52,029 nucleotides of DNA from a virus (taxonomy: Duplodnaviria; Heunggongvirae; Uroviricota; Caudoviricetes): the IMG/VR virus record IMGVR_UViG_2869965101_000004. The stretch is one strand, 5' to 3'. The translations under genes and the position numbers were made by a program. Positions 1-11,543 of this stretch are shown here, piece after piece. The notes beneath the pieces were generated by a model. It did not search any database and was not told the origin of the DNA. It saw only the letters and a program-made list of their open reading frames with translations. The first letter of the stretch is position 1. Every line of letters starts with the position of its first letter.

Positions 1-945
1 TTGAAACGCCGTCTTATTATTGCTGCTTCTTTGTTCGTTTTTAACTTATCGTCTGGTTTTGCGGCGGAAAACATTCCTTTTTCACCTCAGCCTCCAGAGA
101 TTCATGCCGGGTCCTGGGTATTGATGGATTACACCACCGGTCAGATCCTCACCGCGGGTAATGAGCATCAACAGCGCAATCCCGCCAGCCTGACAAAGCT
201 GATGACGGGTTATGTCGTGGATCGCGCTATCGATAGTCATCGCATTACGCCAGACGATATTGTCACCGTGGGGCGCGATGCGTGGGCGAAAGATAATCCG
301 GTGTTTGTCGGTTCTTCACTGATGTTTTTGAAAGAGGGCGATCGCGTATCGGTACGTGATTTAAGCCGTGGTTTAATTGTGGATTCCGGAAATGACGCTT
401 GTGTTGCTCTGGCTGACTATATTGCCGGTGGGCAACGGCAGTTTGTTGAAATGATGAACAACTATGCCGAGAAGCTGCATCTCAAGGATACGCATTTTGA
501 AACAGTGCATGGTCTGGATGCACCTGGCCAGCATAGCTCGGCTTATGATTTAGCTGTGCTTTCTCGTGCTATCATCCACGGCGAGCCCGAGTTTTATCAT
601 ATGTACAGTGGGAAAAGTCTCACCTGGAACGGTATCACCCAGCAAAACCGTAACGGGTTGTTGTGGGATAAAACCATGAATGTTGACGGCCTGAAAACGG
701 GTCATACTTCTGGTGCCGGGTTTAATCTCATTGCTTCGGCTGTAGATGGGCAGCGTCGTCTCATTGCAGTGGTAATGGGGGCTGACAGTGCAAAAGGTCG
801 TGAGGAAGAGGCAAGAAAATTACTGCGTTGGGGGCAACAAAACTTTACTACGGTGCAAATTTTGCACCGTGGGAAAAAGGTCGGAACGGAACGCATCTGG
901 TATGGCGATAAAGAAAATATCGACCTGGGAACGGAACAAGAGTTC
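1..945 (+). pseudogene. dacD: D-alanyl-D-alanine carboxypeptidase DacD (PBP6b), first ~315 codons, truncated by IS1
   Basis: ORF 1..1026 has the SxxK active-site motif (ASLTKLMT) and SGN motif of class-C PBPs; its last 27 residues are read from IS1 sequence starting at 946. Confidence 0.8.
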
Positions 946-960
946 GGTAATGACTCCAAC

Positions 961-1464
961 TTATTGATAGTGTTTTATGTTCAGATAATGCCCGATGACT
1001 TTGTCATGCAGCTCCACCGATTTTGAGAACGACAGCGACTTCCGTCCCAGCCGTGCCAGGTGCTGCCTCAGATTCAGGTTATGCCGCTCAATTCGCTGCG
1101 TATATCGCTTGCTGATTACGTGCAGCTTTCCCTTCAGGCGGGATTCATACAGTGGCCAGCCATCCGTCATCCATATCACCACGTCAAAGGGTGACAGCAA
1201 GCTCATAAGACGCCCCAGCGTCGCCATAGTGCGTTCACCGAATACGTGCGCAACAACCGTCTTCCGGAGCCTGTCATACGCGTAAAACAGCCAGCGCTGG
1301 CGCGATTTAGCCCCGACGTATCCCCACTGTTCGTCCATTTCCGCGCAGACGATGACGTCACTGCCCGGCTGTATGCGCGAGGTTACCGACTGCGGCCTGA
1401 GTTTTTTAAGTGACGTAAAATCGTGTTGAGGCTAACGCCCATAATGCGTGCAGTTGCCCGGCAT
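961..1464 (-). CDS. insB: IS1 InsB (normally made as InsAB' by -1 frameshift)
   Basis: ORF ...[22 protein letters not shown]... in the InsB frame overlapping the insA 3' end. Confidence 0.85.
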
Positions 1465-1658
1465 CCAACGCCATTCATGGCCATATCAATAATTTTCTGG
1501 TGCGTACCGGGTTGAGAAGCGGTGTAAGTGAACTGCAGTTGCCATGTTTTACGGCAGTGAGAGCAGAGATAGCGCTGATGTCCGGCAGTGCTTTTGCCGT
1601 TACGCACCACCCCGTCAGTAGCTGAACAGGAGGGACAGCTGATAGAAACAGAAGCCAC
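1383..1658 (-). CDS. insA: IS1 InsA
   Basis: 91-aa [21 protein letters not shown]... matching IS1 InsA. Confidence 0.9.
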   Translation of the reverse strand: MASVSISCPSCSATDGVVRNGKSTAGHQRYLCSHCRKTWQLQFTYTASQPGTHQKIIDMAMNGVGCRATARIMGVSLNTILRHLKNSGRSR

Positions 1659-1732
1659 TGGAGCACCTCAAAAACACCATCATACACTAAATCAGTAAGT
1701 TGGCAGCATCACCCAAATGCTTTATTCATTCT

Positions 1733-2011
1733 TTACTTCCTTTTTATGGCTCGTAATTTTTTCAGGTGCTTTTCCTGCTCAGTGTCCGCGAGAATTTTGC
1801 GGTACTCCTGGTGGTCAATATGTTCGAACAGGCAGTTTAACTCACCAATGCGTACCCGCCCGGATCGTCCGTCCATCCGTCGAAAGAACACTGAGTGCTC
1901 AGTGATGCGAGTAATCACCACGGGGTATCCAGCTCTGTCCGTGTATATCTGACCGCGTTGAATCAAAGCGAACATGTGGTTATCCCCATCGACAAATCGA
2001 GAACACAACAA
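1733..2011 (-). CDS. hypothetical prophage early-region protein
   Basis: 92-aa ORF on the early-left strand; no family recognised. Confidence 0.35.
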   Translation of the reverse strand: MLCSRFVDGDNHMFALIQRGQIYTDRAGYPVVITRITEHSVFFRRMDGRSGRVRIGELNCLFEHIDHQEYRKILADTEQEKHLKKLRAIKRK

Positions 2012-2059
2012 ACGCTGCTGCGAATACCACCCCCAGAGTTACGATTGCATCAGGCCAGC

Positions 2060-3004
2060 TCATTGATTCACCTCCTGCCTGTCGTCCGGCATTCGCTCAC
2101 TACAGCTTATCCAACCATCCGGAGTTACCGGAACTTGTGGAATGGCTGTCTGCTCTCGAACGTCATTAGGCGCTATAGGTTCTGCTGCCAACTGACTGGC
2201 ATATTTGTTAATGGTAACGATAAGCTCTTGCTCAGCCTCATCCAGACAATCACCGATACCTCGCCTGTCACCGTCAAAATCATCGAAATCGGCACGAATC
2301 CTGGCAACCTTCAGGATTGCGGACAACACCTCACTAGGAATTGCCGGATAGTTGGTTGACGTTTCCGCGATTTCCCGAAAATTATTGGTTGACGAATTCT
2401 TGTTTTCCCGAAAGTTTCCGGACTGAAGCATGGCGGCGCGGCAGGCGTTCCATATTTCGGCAGCAATATCGCGCTCGCTATCGGTTAATTTGTACGTTGA
2501 AACATAGCCAGAGAGCATTTCTACGTTTTCCGGAGTTGCTTCTTCAGGCACTACCGGTGCTGGCTCACGTATTACAGGCTCGCCCATGCGTGATTCTCCC
2601 TGCGCCTCTTTCACCATGTGGTCATTGATTTGCTCCAGTCGCCGAACGTGCTCATCAGCTTCAAGCGCTCGCCGTTTCCAGATGGACAGGTCTTCACGAG
2701 CGCCCTGATATGCGTCACCGTATTCGCCGTTAAATACTGGCGCTGGCGGGGCGATGCGTCCAAGCAACTTATTTACCTCTTTCGCCATCGCGTCATATTT
2801 ATCTAAATAGCGATTAGCTTCTAAGCAGACTCGGTGCATCTGATCTGAGTTAACTCGTTTAACTGGATCTGCTTCCAATGATGCCAGTGCAATCCGTGCC
2901 AGTTCTTCCGCTTCTTCTGCTGGCAGTACAACGTTGCTACCCGGTCCGTATGTTTCGCGCCACTGCTTGATTGTCAGCAGTCGCCCTTTGGTAATAGTGA
3001 TCAT
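2060..3004 (-). CDS. hypothetical prophage early-region protein, C-terminal DUF551-like motif
   Basis: 314-aa ORF ending ...PDGWISCSERMPDD, reminiscent of phage DUF551 proteins; the motif looks cut short. Confidence 0.5.
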   Translation of the reverse strand: MITITKGRLLTIKQWRETYGPGSNVVLPAEEAEELARIALASLEADPVKRVNSDQMHRVCLEANRYLDKYDAMAKEVNKLLGRIAPPAPVFNGEYGDAYQGAREDLSIWKRRALEADEHVRRLEQINDHMVKEAQGESRMGEPVIREPAPVVPEEATPENVEMLSGYVSTYKLTDSERDIAAEIWNACRAAMLQSGNFRENKNSSTNNFREIAETSTNYPAIPSEVLSAILKVARIRADFDDFDGDRRGIGDCLDEAEQELIVTINKYASQLAAEPIAPNDVREQTAIPQVPVTPDGWISCSERMPDDRQEVNQ

Positions 3005-3219
3005 GCCGCGTTTCCTTCTTTCTTATTAACAATCACACCGTCATATATTTCATTAAGGTGCCCTCTCAACTCCATGCGCCTTAATGCAGATAACATGTAA
3101 TCGCATTCAACCTGCTTATTCCCGGTAAATGGCTTATCGTCAGGATTACCCCAACAGCAATTACCCCTGGGCCATCCATGTACTTTCCGTACTCTTCCGT
3201 TAACAACGTGAAGTAATCC
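3001..3219 (-). pseudogene. 3' part of a phage gene interrupted by IS911
   Basis: In frame with the 5' part at 4469..4768 once the 1,249-bp IS911 is removed. Confidence 0.5.
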
Positions 3220-3227
3220 TGAAGTGG

Positions 3228-4396
<1,169 letters not shown>

Positions 4397-4468
4397 TGGA
4401 GCACCAGTGTTGTTCTGAGGTGAGCATATCACCTCTGTTCAGGTGGCCAAATTCAGTGTGCCACTTCA

Positions 4469-4768
4469 TCCCCAGCCGGGAGGTAAATCCTCAACTGAAA
4501 TAATTTCCGGCTCACTAATAAAGAATCGCCAGTCGCCCATGCCAAGTGAGGGATTTTTACGGAAACGCTTTTTTCTATCTGCCAACAAGTCAGCACGAGA
4601 ACACTTCGCCTCTATCAGGCATGATGCTGAATTTCTGAATCCCATAGCATCTGGCTGTTCTCCGGTACTGGTTACAGCAACAAAGCGGTCATGAAAGCAA
4701 ACCTTGAACCCGTTGCGCTTAAGGAACTTGTACGCAATCTGACAGAGTTCGTGGTGTGTTAACGCCAT
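4469..4768 (-). pseudogene. 5' part of a phage gene interrupted by IS911
   Basis: 100-aa ORF whose stop codon lies inside the IS911 end. Confidence 0.5.
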
Positions 4769-4769
4769 A

Positions 4770-4908
4770 TCACTCTCCTTTGATGCGAATGTCAGCGACG
4801 CGTAATGCGTGTTCTAGGTCAATCAGGTAAAGCCAACTGCCATTTTCTTTAGGTATCATGACTTGTCGCTCATATGCATTTATCGGGTGTCCATATCGAA
4901 GGTCGTAG
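4770..4908 (-). pseudogene. 3' part of an Ea22-like gene interrupted by IS629
   Basis: In frame with 6219..6619 after removal of the 1,310-bp IS629. Confidence 0.5.
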
Positions 4909-4950
4909 TGAACCGCCCCGGGTTTCCTGGAGAGTGTTTTATCTGTGAAC

Positions 4951-5841
4951 TCAGGCTGCCAGATCATCGTTTCCGATGGAAGCATAATAAGCTTTTTCTG
5001 CTTCTGCCGGAGGAGTATGGCCCAGCCTTTCCAGCAATCGTCGATTATTATACCAGTCCACCCACGTGAGTGTGGCCAGTTCCACTTCTGCACGGTTTTT
5101 CCAGCTCTTACGGTGTATTACCTCCGCTTTGTAAAGACCATTGATGCTCTCCGCCATCGCGTTGTCATACGAGTCGCCTGTACTTCCTGTTGATGCCAGT
5201 AATCCGGCTTCCTTAAGCCGCTGTGTGTAGGCCAGCGATACATACTGAGAACCTTTATCACTGTGATGGACCGTGCCGGACGGTCGACGGGCCCATAACG
5301 CCTGCTCCAGAGCATCCAGCACGAATGTCGTTTCCATGGACGATGAGACCCGCCACCCCACGATGTATCCGGCAAACACATCAATGATGAACGCCACATA
5401 GACGAAGCCCTGCCATGTGCTGACGTAAGTAAAATCAGCCACCCACAGCTGGTCAGGTCGTTCTGCCACGAACTGACGGTTTACGCGGTCGCCTGCGGCA
5501 ACGGCTTTCCGGCTGATGGTCGTACGGACCTTTTTACCCCGGAGAACACCGGCAAGTCCCATAACCGCCATGAGACGTGCCACAGTGCATCTGGCCACTC
5601 TGATACCTTCCCGTAACAACTGACGCCAGACTTTACGCACACCGTATACCTGATGATTCCCATCGTATACGCGCAGTATCTCTTTCTTCAGCCAGTCATC
5701 GCGCTGCGCACGGGCACTGCGTTTATCAGGATGATGTCGCTGTTGCTGACAGTGGTAATACGTTGACGGGGCAATATGTAGTTCACTGCATACCGGTCCG
5801 ACCCCGTACAGCTTACGCAGCTTATCCAGCAGTGGCATCAC
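4951..5841 (-). CDS. IS629 OrfB transposase
   Basis: 296-aa ORF with IS3-family integrase core. Confidence 0.85.
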   Translation of the reverse strand: MMPLLDKLRKLYGVGPVCSELHIAPSTYYHCQQQRHHPDKRSARAQRDDWLKKEILRVYDGNHQVYGVRKVWRQLLREGIRVARCTVARLMAVMGLAGVLRGKKVRTTISRKAVAAGDRVNRQFVAERPDQLWVADFTYVSTWQGFVYVAFIIDVFAGYIVGWRVSSSMETTFVLDALEQALWARRPSGTVHHSDKGSQYVSLAYTQRLKEAGLLASTGSTGDSYDNAMAESINGLYKAEVIHRKSWKNRAEVELATLTWVDWYNNRRLLERLGHTPPAEAEKAYYASIGNDDLAA

Positions 5842-6164
5842 TTTTTCCAGAGGCGGTCGAACTCCGCCTTCGCAAAATAAGCGGAAGCCTGGCGAAGGAT
5901 ATCGTTACTGCGGCGCAGTTCACGATTTTCACGTTCCAGCTCTTTCAGACGCTGACGTTCAGCGGTGGTGAGCCCGCCATCACCGCCTCCGGTATCCCGC
6001 TCATGCTGGCGTACCCAGACACGCAGAGTCTCCGGTGTACAGCCAATCTTTGGGGCAATGGAACAAATTGCCGCCCACTGTGAGTCATATTCGCCCTGAC
6101 TTTCCAGAACCATACGAATCGCCCTCTGACGGACTTCGGGGGAAAAACGAGTATTTTTAGTCAT
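5838..6164 (-). CDS. IS629 OrfA
   Basis: 108-aa ORF matching IS629 OrfA. Confidence 0.85.
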   Translation of the reverse strand: MTKNTRFSPEVRQRAIRMVLESQGEYDSQWAAICSIAPKIGCTPETLRVWVRQHERDTGGGDGGLTTAERQRLKELERENRELRRSNDILRQASAYFAKAEFDRLWKK

Positions 6165-6218
6165 CCTGTTTACCTCTTTCTCAGGGAGTTTAGTCTCCAG
6201 GATTCCCGGGGCGGTTCA

Positions 6219-6619
6219 TAGCGAGTCGGTAATTGAACTTCCCGCGCTTCCAGTTCAGCAATACGCTTGCACCCATCAGAGATAACTCCCTCGTAATACT
6301 CGCGCTGCTCGTTGAGTTTTGATTTTGCTGCTTCAAGCTCAACGCGCAGCTTCCCAACCGTAAGCGCAATATCCTCGTTCTCCTGGTCGCGGCGTTTGAT
6401 GTATTGCTGGTTTCTTTCCCGTTCATCCAGTAGTGCCAGCACGGTTTCTGGTCCGGTCAGAAATTTGAAGGCATTGAGCGCATCAATATCCACACCGTAA
6501 TCTTTAAGTTCCTGTTCACTTAACAAATCATCATCAACTGGCAACATTAACAGGCGTTCCATTGCTGGAATTGCACGTTCCGCCACCTCACGCAGTGCCT
6601 GGTAATTAATTTCGCTCAC
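6219..6619 (-). pseudogene. 5' part of an Ea22-like gene interrupted by IS629
   Basis: N-terminus MSEINYQALREVAERA... parallels the adjacent intact Ea22-like gene. Confidence 0.55.
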
Positions 6620-7296
6620 TGATTGCCTCCTTTGCGAAGCTGGGCAGCAAAGTCAACTAACCACTCAGTCATTTCAACCTTCCCTACCAGGTCTGAACTA
6701 GGGTGCATACAGCAATCACTCTGCGCCGCTTTGAAATCCTTACACTCATATTCTTGGGCCACCAGATTTTTTGCAGCTTCTATAGCAGCATCCACCCCCT
6801 GCGCCCGGACTTCAGCCAGGAAAGCATCAGTGGTTGGCGTTTCAGGTATCTGTCTCCTCATCCGTTCTATTGCATGATTGAACCCGAAGTCTTCCGCGAG
6901 AGATACGTCATCCATATTGTCATTGTCATCCTCAATATCCCGTGATTCTGGAATTGCAGACTTTATTCCCGCATTCTCCGCTGCCAGCGCCGCGCACTTG
7001 GCTTCAAGAGCGGCAACCACTTCCTGATGGTCTTTGTACTTAACGTATGAGCCGGAGATGTCATCACCTTCGGTGTTTAGCCATGCGTCATTGCAATTCA
7101 CTGCGTAGGTTCTGATGCTGATGCTCTCCCGCCCCTGACAGACGCCAGGCCAGTCAATAAAGTATCCGCAATGCCTACCCTCAGACGTGCGCGCAGGATA
7201 AATGCCGTTATGACCCGGCAAAATATATGCTACCCATTCATCTTGCGTTGCCTGTTCCGCCGCCTCGCGCAGTGCCTGATAGTCAATCTTGCTCAC
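6616..7296 (-). CDS. Ea22-like prophage early protein
   Basis: 226-aa ORF MSKIDYQALREAAEQA...; paralogous N-terminus to the interrupted gene next to it. Confidence 0.55.
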   Translation of the reverse strand: MSKIDYQALREAAEQATQDEWVAYILPGHNGIYPARTSEGRHCGYFIDWPGVCQGRESISIRTYAVNCNDAWLNTEGDDISGSYVKYKDHQEVVAALEAKCAALAAENAGIKSAIPESRDIEDDNDNMDDVSLAEDFGFNHAIERMRRQIPETPTTDAFLAEVRAQGVDAAIEAAKNLVAQEYECKDFKAAQSDCCMHPSSDLVGKVEMTEWLVDFAAQLRKGGNQ

Positions 7297-7621
7297 TGGC
7301 AGCCTCCTTTGCCGGGATTTCTAACTTTTGAGTGGTTGTATCAAATTCAAACAACTTAACCACGTCATCAAACAGGACATAATCACCATCAGGATCTTCA
7401 GTCATATCTGCGCCACAATCCTGACCGCACGAGTCGCAACCATCCATATCAAGCTCGTATCGCTTCAGGTTTGCGATATTTGATAAATTCAGCGCCAGTA
7501 CAGCCAGGTCATAAACCTCTTCGGCAGTGACATCGCTGTTCAGTCCCATTTCATGGCGATATATGATTTTTTCTACTCGTTGTTTTGTGATCGTCATTTT
7601 TCTCTTCACTCCGATATACAA
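7283..7621 (-). CDS. hypothetical prophage protein
   Basis: 112-aa ORF, acidic, with CxxC pair; no family recognised. Confidence 0.35.
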   Translation of the reverse strand: MYIGVKRKMTITKQRVEKIIYRHEMGLNSDVTAEEVYDLAVLALNLSNIANLKRYELDMDGCDSCGQDCGADMTEDPDGDYVLFDDVVKLFEFDTTTQKLEIPAKEAASEQD

Positions 7622-7857
7622 GGATTACTACACCCCCTCTGCTGATTGCGCGAGCTGGATCCCCTGGTTCCATGCCGTCAATTCCGAAGGCTTCGGAAAA
7701 CGCATTCATTGCCTTCTGGCGTTCATCCTGCTTACGGCGTTTATTCCATTTTTTCAGGAACAACAGCGACAGCCACCGTCCGCTGCAGAACACGATGTAA
7801 AAATAACCAAGGAGCGCCAGGCCGACATTCAGGGCCGTTTCTATGGTTAGTTGTGAG

Positions 7858-8148
7858 TCAGTTGCCATTTCTTACCTGTTTAAGTAACTGGTTGAACATA
7901 ACACTTAGGGGATTGCTGTATCCAAACGGCAGATTGTTTACGCAGTACAGAATCATTTTGTTTTTTTCTCCAGTTCGTACTATTAACCCATTCCACAATA
8001 ACCGTGATAATTTATTACTGATAGAAGTTGCGCTTCTTCCAAGTGCGAGGGATATATCTTCTCTACTGCAATCTGGATTTTCCTGGATATACTCGATAAC
8101 GGTCATGTGGTCCCTTTTACTTAATATCTGTTTCGGATTGCATGCCAT
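7858..8148 (-). CDS. small winged-helix DNA-binding protein (putative)
   Basis: 96-aa ORF with HTH-like segment REDISLALGRSATSISNKLSRL. Confidence 0.45.
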   Translation of the reverse strand: MACNPKQILSKRDHMTVIEYIQENPDCSREDISLALGRSATSISNKLSRLLWNGLIVRTGEKNKMILYCVNNLPFGYSNPLSVMFNQLLKQVRNGN

Positions 8149-8713
8149 GAGTATTCATTTCGTTAATAATTTCATCCAGAAGGATTTCAAGCCCTTCTCG
8201 ACCCATATCTGAAAGAATGAAACCTTTATCAGGGGAAGTAGTGAGCATTTTCTGATAAAGAAACAGCGCTCTTCCCATTCCTTCAGCTTCGCCGTATTTT
8301 TGAATTAAATTCCATTCAATATACTGTTGTAAGGCAAATCGAATGGGGCCGGGATATATCGTCATAAACCCATACATCCCGTTATATACCACGGCGTGTT
8401 CAGTTGTTCCGTGTTCAGTTGTTCCGTGTTCATTCAGGATATCAATTGTGCCGTTCTTGTCTTCTTCTTCGTTGATGAATGTCGTCACATACAACCATCG
8501 CCACTGAGCAACCTTCATCTCAACCGGAAGTTTACCCAGTAATCCTGCTTCGTCGGCTTGCGCCAGACACTGAAGGATACGTAAACCTCGCACATTAGGA
8601 GTATCGAATTCTCCGGCATCCAGACGACGTATGGCGTCGTGATAATCAATCGTCATACTGCCAGTTCGTATACCATTGGCTGTTGCTTCAGCCTGGAATT
8701 CATCGTATTGCAT
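8117..8713 (-). CDS. hypothetical prophage protein with EHGTT tandem repeat
   Basis: 198-aa ORF; contains a 15-bp tandem DNA repeat at 8396..8432. Confidence 0.45.
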   Translation of the reverse strand: MQYDEFQAEATANGIRTGSMTIDYHDAIRRLDAGEFDTPNVRGLRILQCLAQADEAGLLGKLPVEMKVAQWRWLYVTTFINEEEDKNGTIDILNEHGTTEHGTTEHAVVYNGMYGFMTIYPGPIRFALQQYIEWNLIQKYGEAEGMGRALFLYQKMLTTSPDKGFILSDMGREGLEILLDEIINEMNTHGMQSETDIK

Positions 8714-8718
8714 GATAT

Positions 8719-8913
8719 TTATTCCTCATCTTCATCTTCATCTTCATCTGCTGGTGCAATAACGTCATATCCTGCCTTTTCTGCAATAAACAGGAATGTT
8801 GAAAGAGTTCCTACAAGTTCATCGTCATGAACATGGCGAATGAATATTACTTTCCCGTTTTTGATGGTCAGCAATATTCTGGTTTGTTCGTGTTCTGCTG
8901 TTTTCTGATGCAT
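8719..8913 (-). CDS. hypothetical small protein with acidic tail
   Basis: 64-aa ORF ending ...DEDEDEDEE. Confidence 0.35.
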   Translation of the reverse strand: MHQKTAEHEQTRILLTIKNGKVIFIRHVHDDELVGTLSTFLFIAEKAGYDVIAPADEDEDEDEE

Positions 8914-9087
8914 TATTATCTCCCGTATGCTTTACGCAGAAATAAGCAGGCAATATGCATGTAATTTTCACCGTATTGTGCAATAAGGCAGGCGGTTAGA
9001 CTGGCCCCCTGAATCTCCAGACAACCAGTATCACTTAAATAAGTGATAGTCTTAATACTAGTTTTTAGACTAGTCATTGGAGTACAG

Positions 9088-9453
9088 ATGATTGATGTCT
9101 TAGGGCCGGAGAAACGCAGACGGCGTACCACACAGGAAAAGATCGCAATTGTTCAGCAGAGCTTTGAACCGGGGATGACGGTCTCCCTCGTTGCCCGGCA
9201 ACATGGTGTAGCAGCCAGCCAGTTATTTCTCTGGCGTAAGCAATACCAGGAAGGAAGTCTTACTGCTGTGGCCGCCGGAGAACAGGTTGTTCCTGCCTCT
9301 GAACTTGCTGCCGCCATGAAGCAGATTAAAGAACTCCAGCGCCTGCTCGGCAAGAAAACGATGGAAAATGAACTCCTCAAAGAAGCCGTTGAATATGGAC
9401 GGGCAAAAAAGTGGATAGCGCACGCGCCCTTATTACCCGGGGATGGGGAGTAA
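9088..9453 (+). CDS. insC: IS2 InsC (OrfA)
   Basis: [26 protein letters not shown]... Confidence 0.9.
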
Positions 9454-10316
9454 GCTTAGTCAGCCGTTGTCTCCGGGTGTCGCGTGCGCAGTTGCACGTC
9501 ATTCTCAGACGAACCGATGACTGGATGGATGGCCGCCGCAGTCGTCACACTGATGATACGGATGTGCTTCTCCGTATACACCATGTTATCGGAGAGCTGC
9601 CCACGTATGGTTATCGTCGGGTATGGGCGCTGCTTCGCAGACAGGCAGAACTTGATGGTATGCCTGCGATCAATGCCAAACGTGTTTACCGGATCATGCG
9701 CCAGAATGCCCTGTTGCTTGAGCGAAAACCTGCTGTACCACCATCGAAACGGGCACATACAGGCAGAGTGGCCGTGAAAGAAAGCAATCAGCGATGGTGC
9801 TCTGACGGGTTCGAGTTCTGCTGTGATAACGGAGAGAGACTGCGTGTCACGTTCGCGCTGGACTGCTGTGATCGTGAGGCACTGCACTGGGCGGTGACTA
9901 CCGGCGGCTTCAACAGTGAAACAGTACAGGACGTCATGCTGGGAGCGGTGGAACGCCGCTTCGGCAACGATCTTCCGTCGTCTCCAGTGGAGTGGCTGAC
10001 GGATAATGGTTCATGCTACCGGGCTAATGAAACACGCCAGTTCGCCCGGATGTTGGGACTTGAACCGAAGAACACGGCGGTGCGGAGTCCGGAGAGTAAC
10101 GGAATAGCAGAGAGCTTCGTGAAAACGATAAAGCGTGACTACATCAGTATCATGCCCAAACCAGACGGGTTAACGGCAGCAAAGAACCTTGCAGAGGCGT
10201 TCGAGCATTATAACGAATGGCATCCGCATAGTGCGCTGGGTTATCGCTCGCCACGGGAATATCTGCGGCAGCGGGCTTGTAATGGGTTAAGTGATAACAG
10301 ATGTCTGGAAATATAG
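9411..10316 (+). CDS. insD: IS2 InsD (OrfB transposase)
   Basis: 301-aa ORF with IS3-family DDE core. Confidence 0.9.
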
Positions 10317-10443
10317 GGGCAAATCCAGCGGTCTTGTGTGATGCCATATTCTTTATAAAAGTCACAATAAAGCCTCCTGCGGATTAAGGTTGTAACAATC
10401 CCCGGCGATAAAACCGCAATAAACGTTCAGGGCATATTTGTTG

Positions 10444-10809
10444 TTATTGCGCTAATTCTTTTTCGGCAGCAGCTTTTGTATACTCACATGCAAAACTCAG
10501 AATTTCGCTGCCGAGTGTTTTCGTTTCGTGATTACTGGACATATGTAATACCTGTGTTGCATGCAATAAATGATAAACATTTACCGCAAATGAATCAGGC
10601 TCCAGACAAATGCCTTCGTAATTATCTTGCTGTGAGGTTGTTTCTGTCATTGCTCCTGAAGTGCATGCGAGCCTGTTTTTGACAATTCTCTTTTCTCTAA
10701 TCACTATATCGGCAACATCTATTGCCTTTACAACCTCCGGGAGAAGTTCCGGGTTTGTATAATCAAAGTCATCAACATGGAGAACAGTTATGTTTTCGAA
10801 CTTTTTCAT
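10444..10809 (-). CDS. hypothetical protein in the immunity-region left operon
   Basis: 121-aa ORF downstream of the cI-like gene. Confidence 0.4.
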   Translation of the reverse strand: MKKFENITVLHVDDFDYTNPELLPEVVKAIDVADIVIREKRIVKNRLACTSGAMTETTSQQDNYEGICLEPDSFAVNVYHLLHATQVLHMSSNHETKTLGSEILSFACEYTKAAAEKELAQ

Positions 10810-10937
10810 GGCTTCCTCAGCTGACTTATATGTTCTGCTATATAGCGAGTCTCAGAAGTGTTTTCATATTGAGACTGTTTCCGCAATGATTGATAAAAAT
10901 GTTCGCATGTACCTTGAAGGGCGAAGCGGCGATTATG

Positions 10938-11441
10938 TCACCATTGGTATTGGTTCTTCCGCAGAAGAGCTTCGCGAGATAAGGGGCAAACTTGTTGAGA
11001 TGCGTCATGGTGTTGCTGCTCCTCACTTTTTGGTTGCTCCGGAGGAGTAACCTCACCAGTTAACAGCCACATCGGATCGCAGCCAAGAATATTTGCCAGT
11101 GGGATAAGCATACTGATAGTTGGTTCATACTCTCCGCTCTCCCACTGGATGATAATTTCTTCATCGAGATCGAGCAGCCTGGCGAGTTCGGCGGTTGTTA
11201 AGCCGCAGGCTTCGCGTTGGGTGCGAAGACGGTTGTTGATTGCAGAATTTTTGTTCTGTAAAAGCATTGCTGACGATAGCTTTCTGGATATGCTATTTGT
11301 CATATCCCATGCCAGTCCTGCGCATGACTCTATATCGCTAGAGAGTGTAGCATCAGGTGTTGCTTTTGCTATTAGTGTAATGAGGCTGCCGAGGTTTTTC
11401 AGTTCTTCGAGACAGTCAAGAGTTGTAGCTTTATTGATCAT
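10938..11441 (-). CDS. XRE-family HTH protein with N-terminal extension
   Basis: HTH_XRE-like segment ...LRTQREACGLTTAELARLLDLDEEIIIQWESGEYEPTISMLIPLANILGCDPMWLLTG. Confidence 0.5.
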   Translation of the reverse strand: MINKATTLDCLEELKNLGSLITLIAKATPDATLSSDIESCAGLAWDMTNSISRKLSSAMLLQNKNSAINNRLRTQREACGLTTAELARLLDLDEEIIIQWESGEYEPTISMLIPLANILGCDPMWLLTGEVTPPEQPKSEEQQHHDASQQVCPLSREALLRKNQYQW

Positions 11442-11543
11442 GAGATGATACCTCAGTTACGAACTTTGTTTTATGGTAACTAAGGTGTCAAGGTGTGGCA
11501 AGTGATTTTGATACTTTGGTTTCTTTTTGTGTTTTGTGTCTGG

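Larger units (their letters stand above)
946..1713 (-). mobile_element. IS1 (768 bp)
   Basis: IS1 terminal inverted repeats GGTAATGACTCCAACTTATTGAT at 946 and GGTGATGCTGCCAACTTACTGAT (reverse complement) ending at 1713; encodes InsA and InsB. Confidence 0.95.
4909..6218 (-). mobile_element. IS629 (IS3 family)
   Basis: Termini TGAACCGCCCCGGG...; 3-bp direct repeat TAG at 4906..4908 and 6219..6221; Orf[20 protein letters not shown]... and OrfB with DDE motif. Confidence 0.9.
8997..10327 (+). mobile_element. IS2 (1,331 bp)
   Basis: Starts TAGACTGGCCCCCTGAATCTCC, ends ...GGGGCAAATCCA; 5-bp direct repeat GCGGT at 8992..8996 and 10328..10332. Confidence 0.95.

Noticed and set aside
1714-2060. Integrase, excisionase or att site beyond the IS1
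   Set aside because: Only a 92-aa early-region ORF lies here; no tyrosine recombinase motifs anywhere in the window.
8396-8432. Possible CRISPR-like array (also checked 15453..15488 and 44245..44650)
   Set aside because: All repeats are short, in-frame coding repeats without spacers or a leader; no CRISPR array is present.
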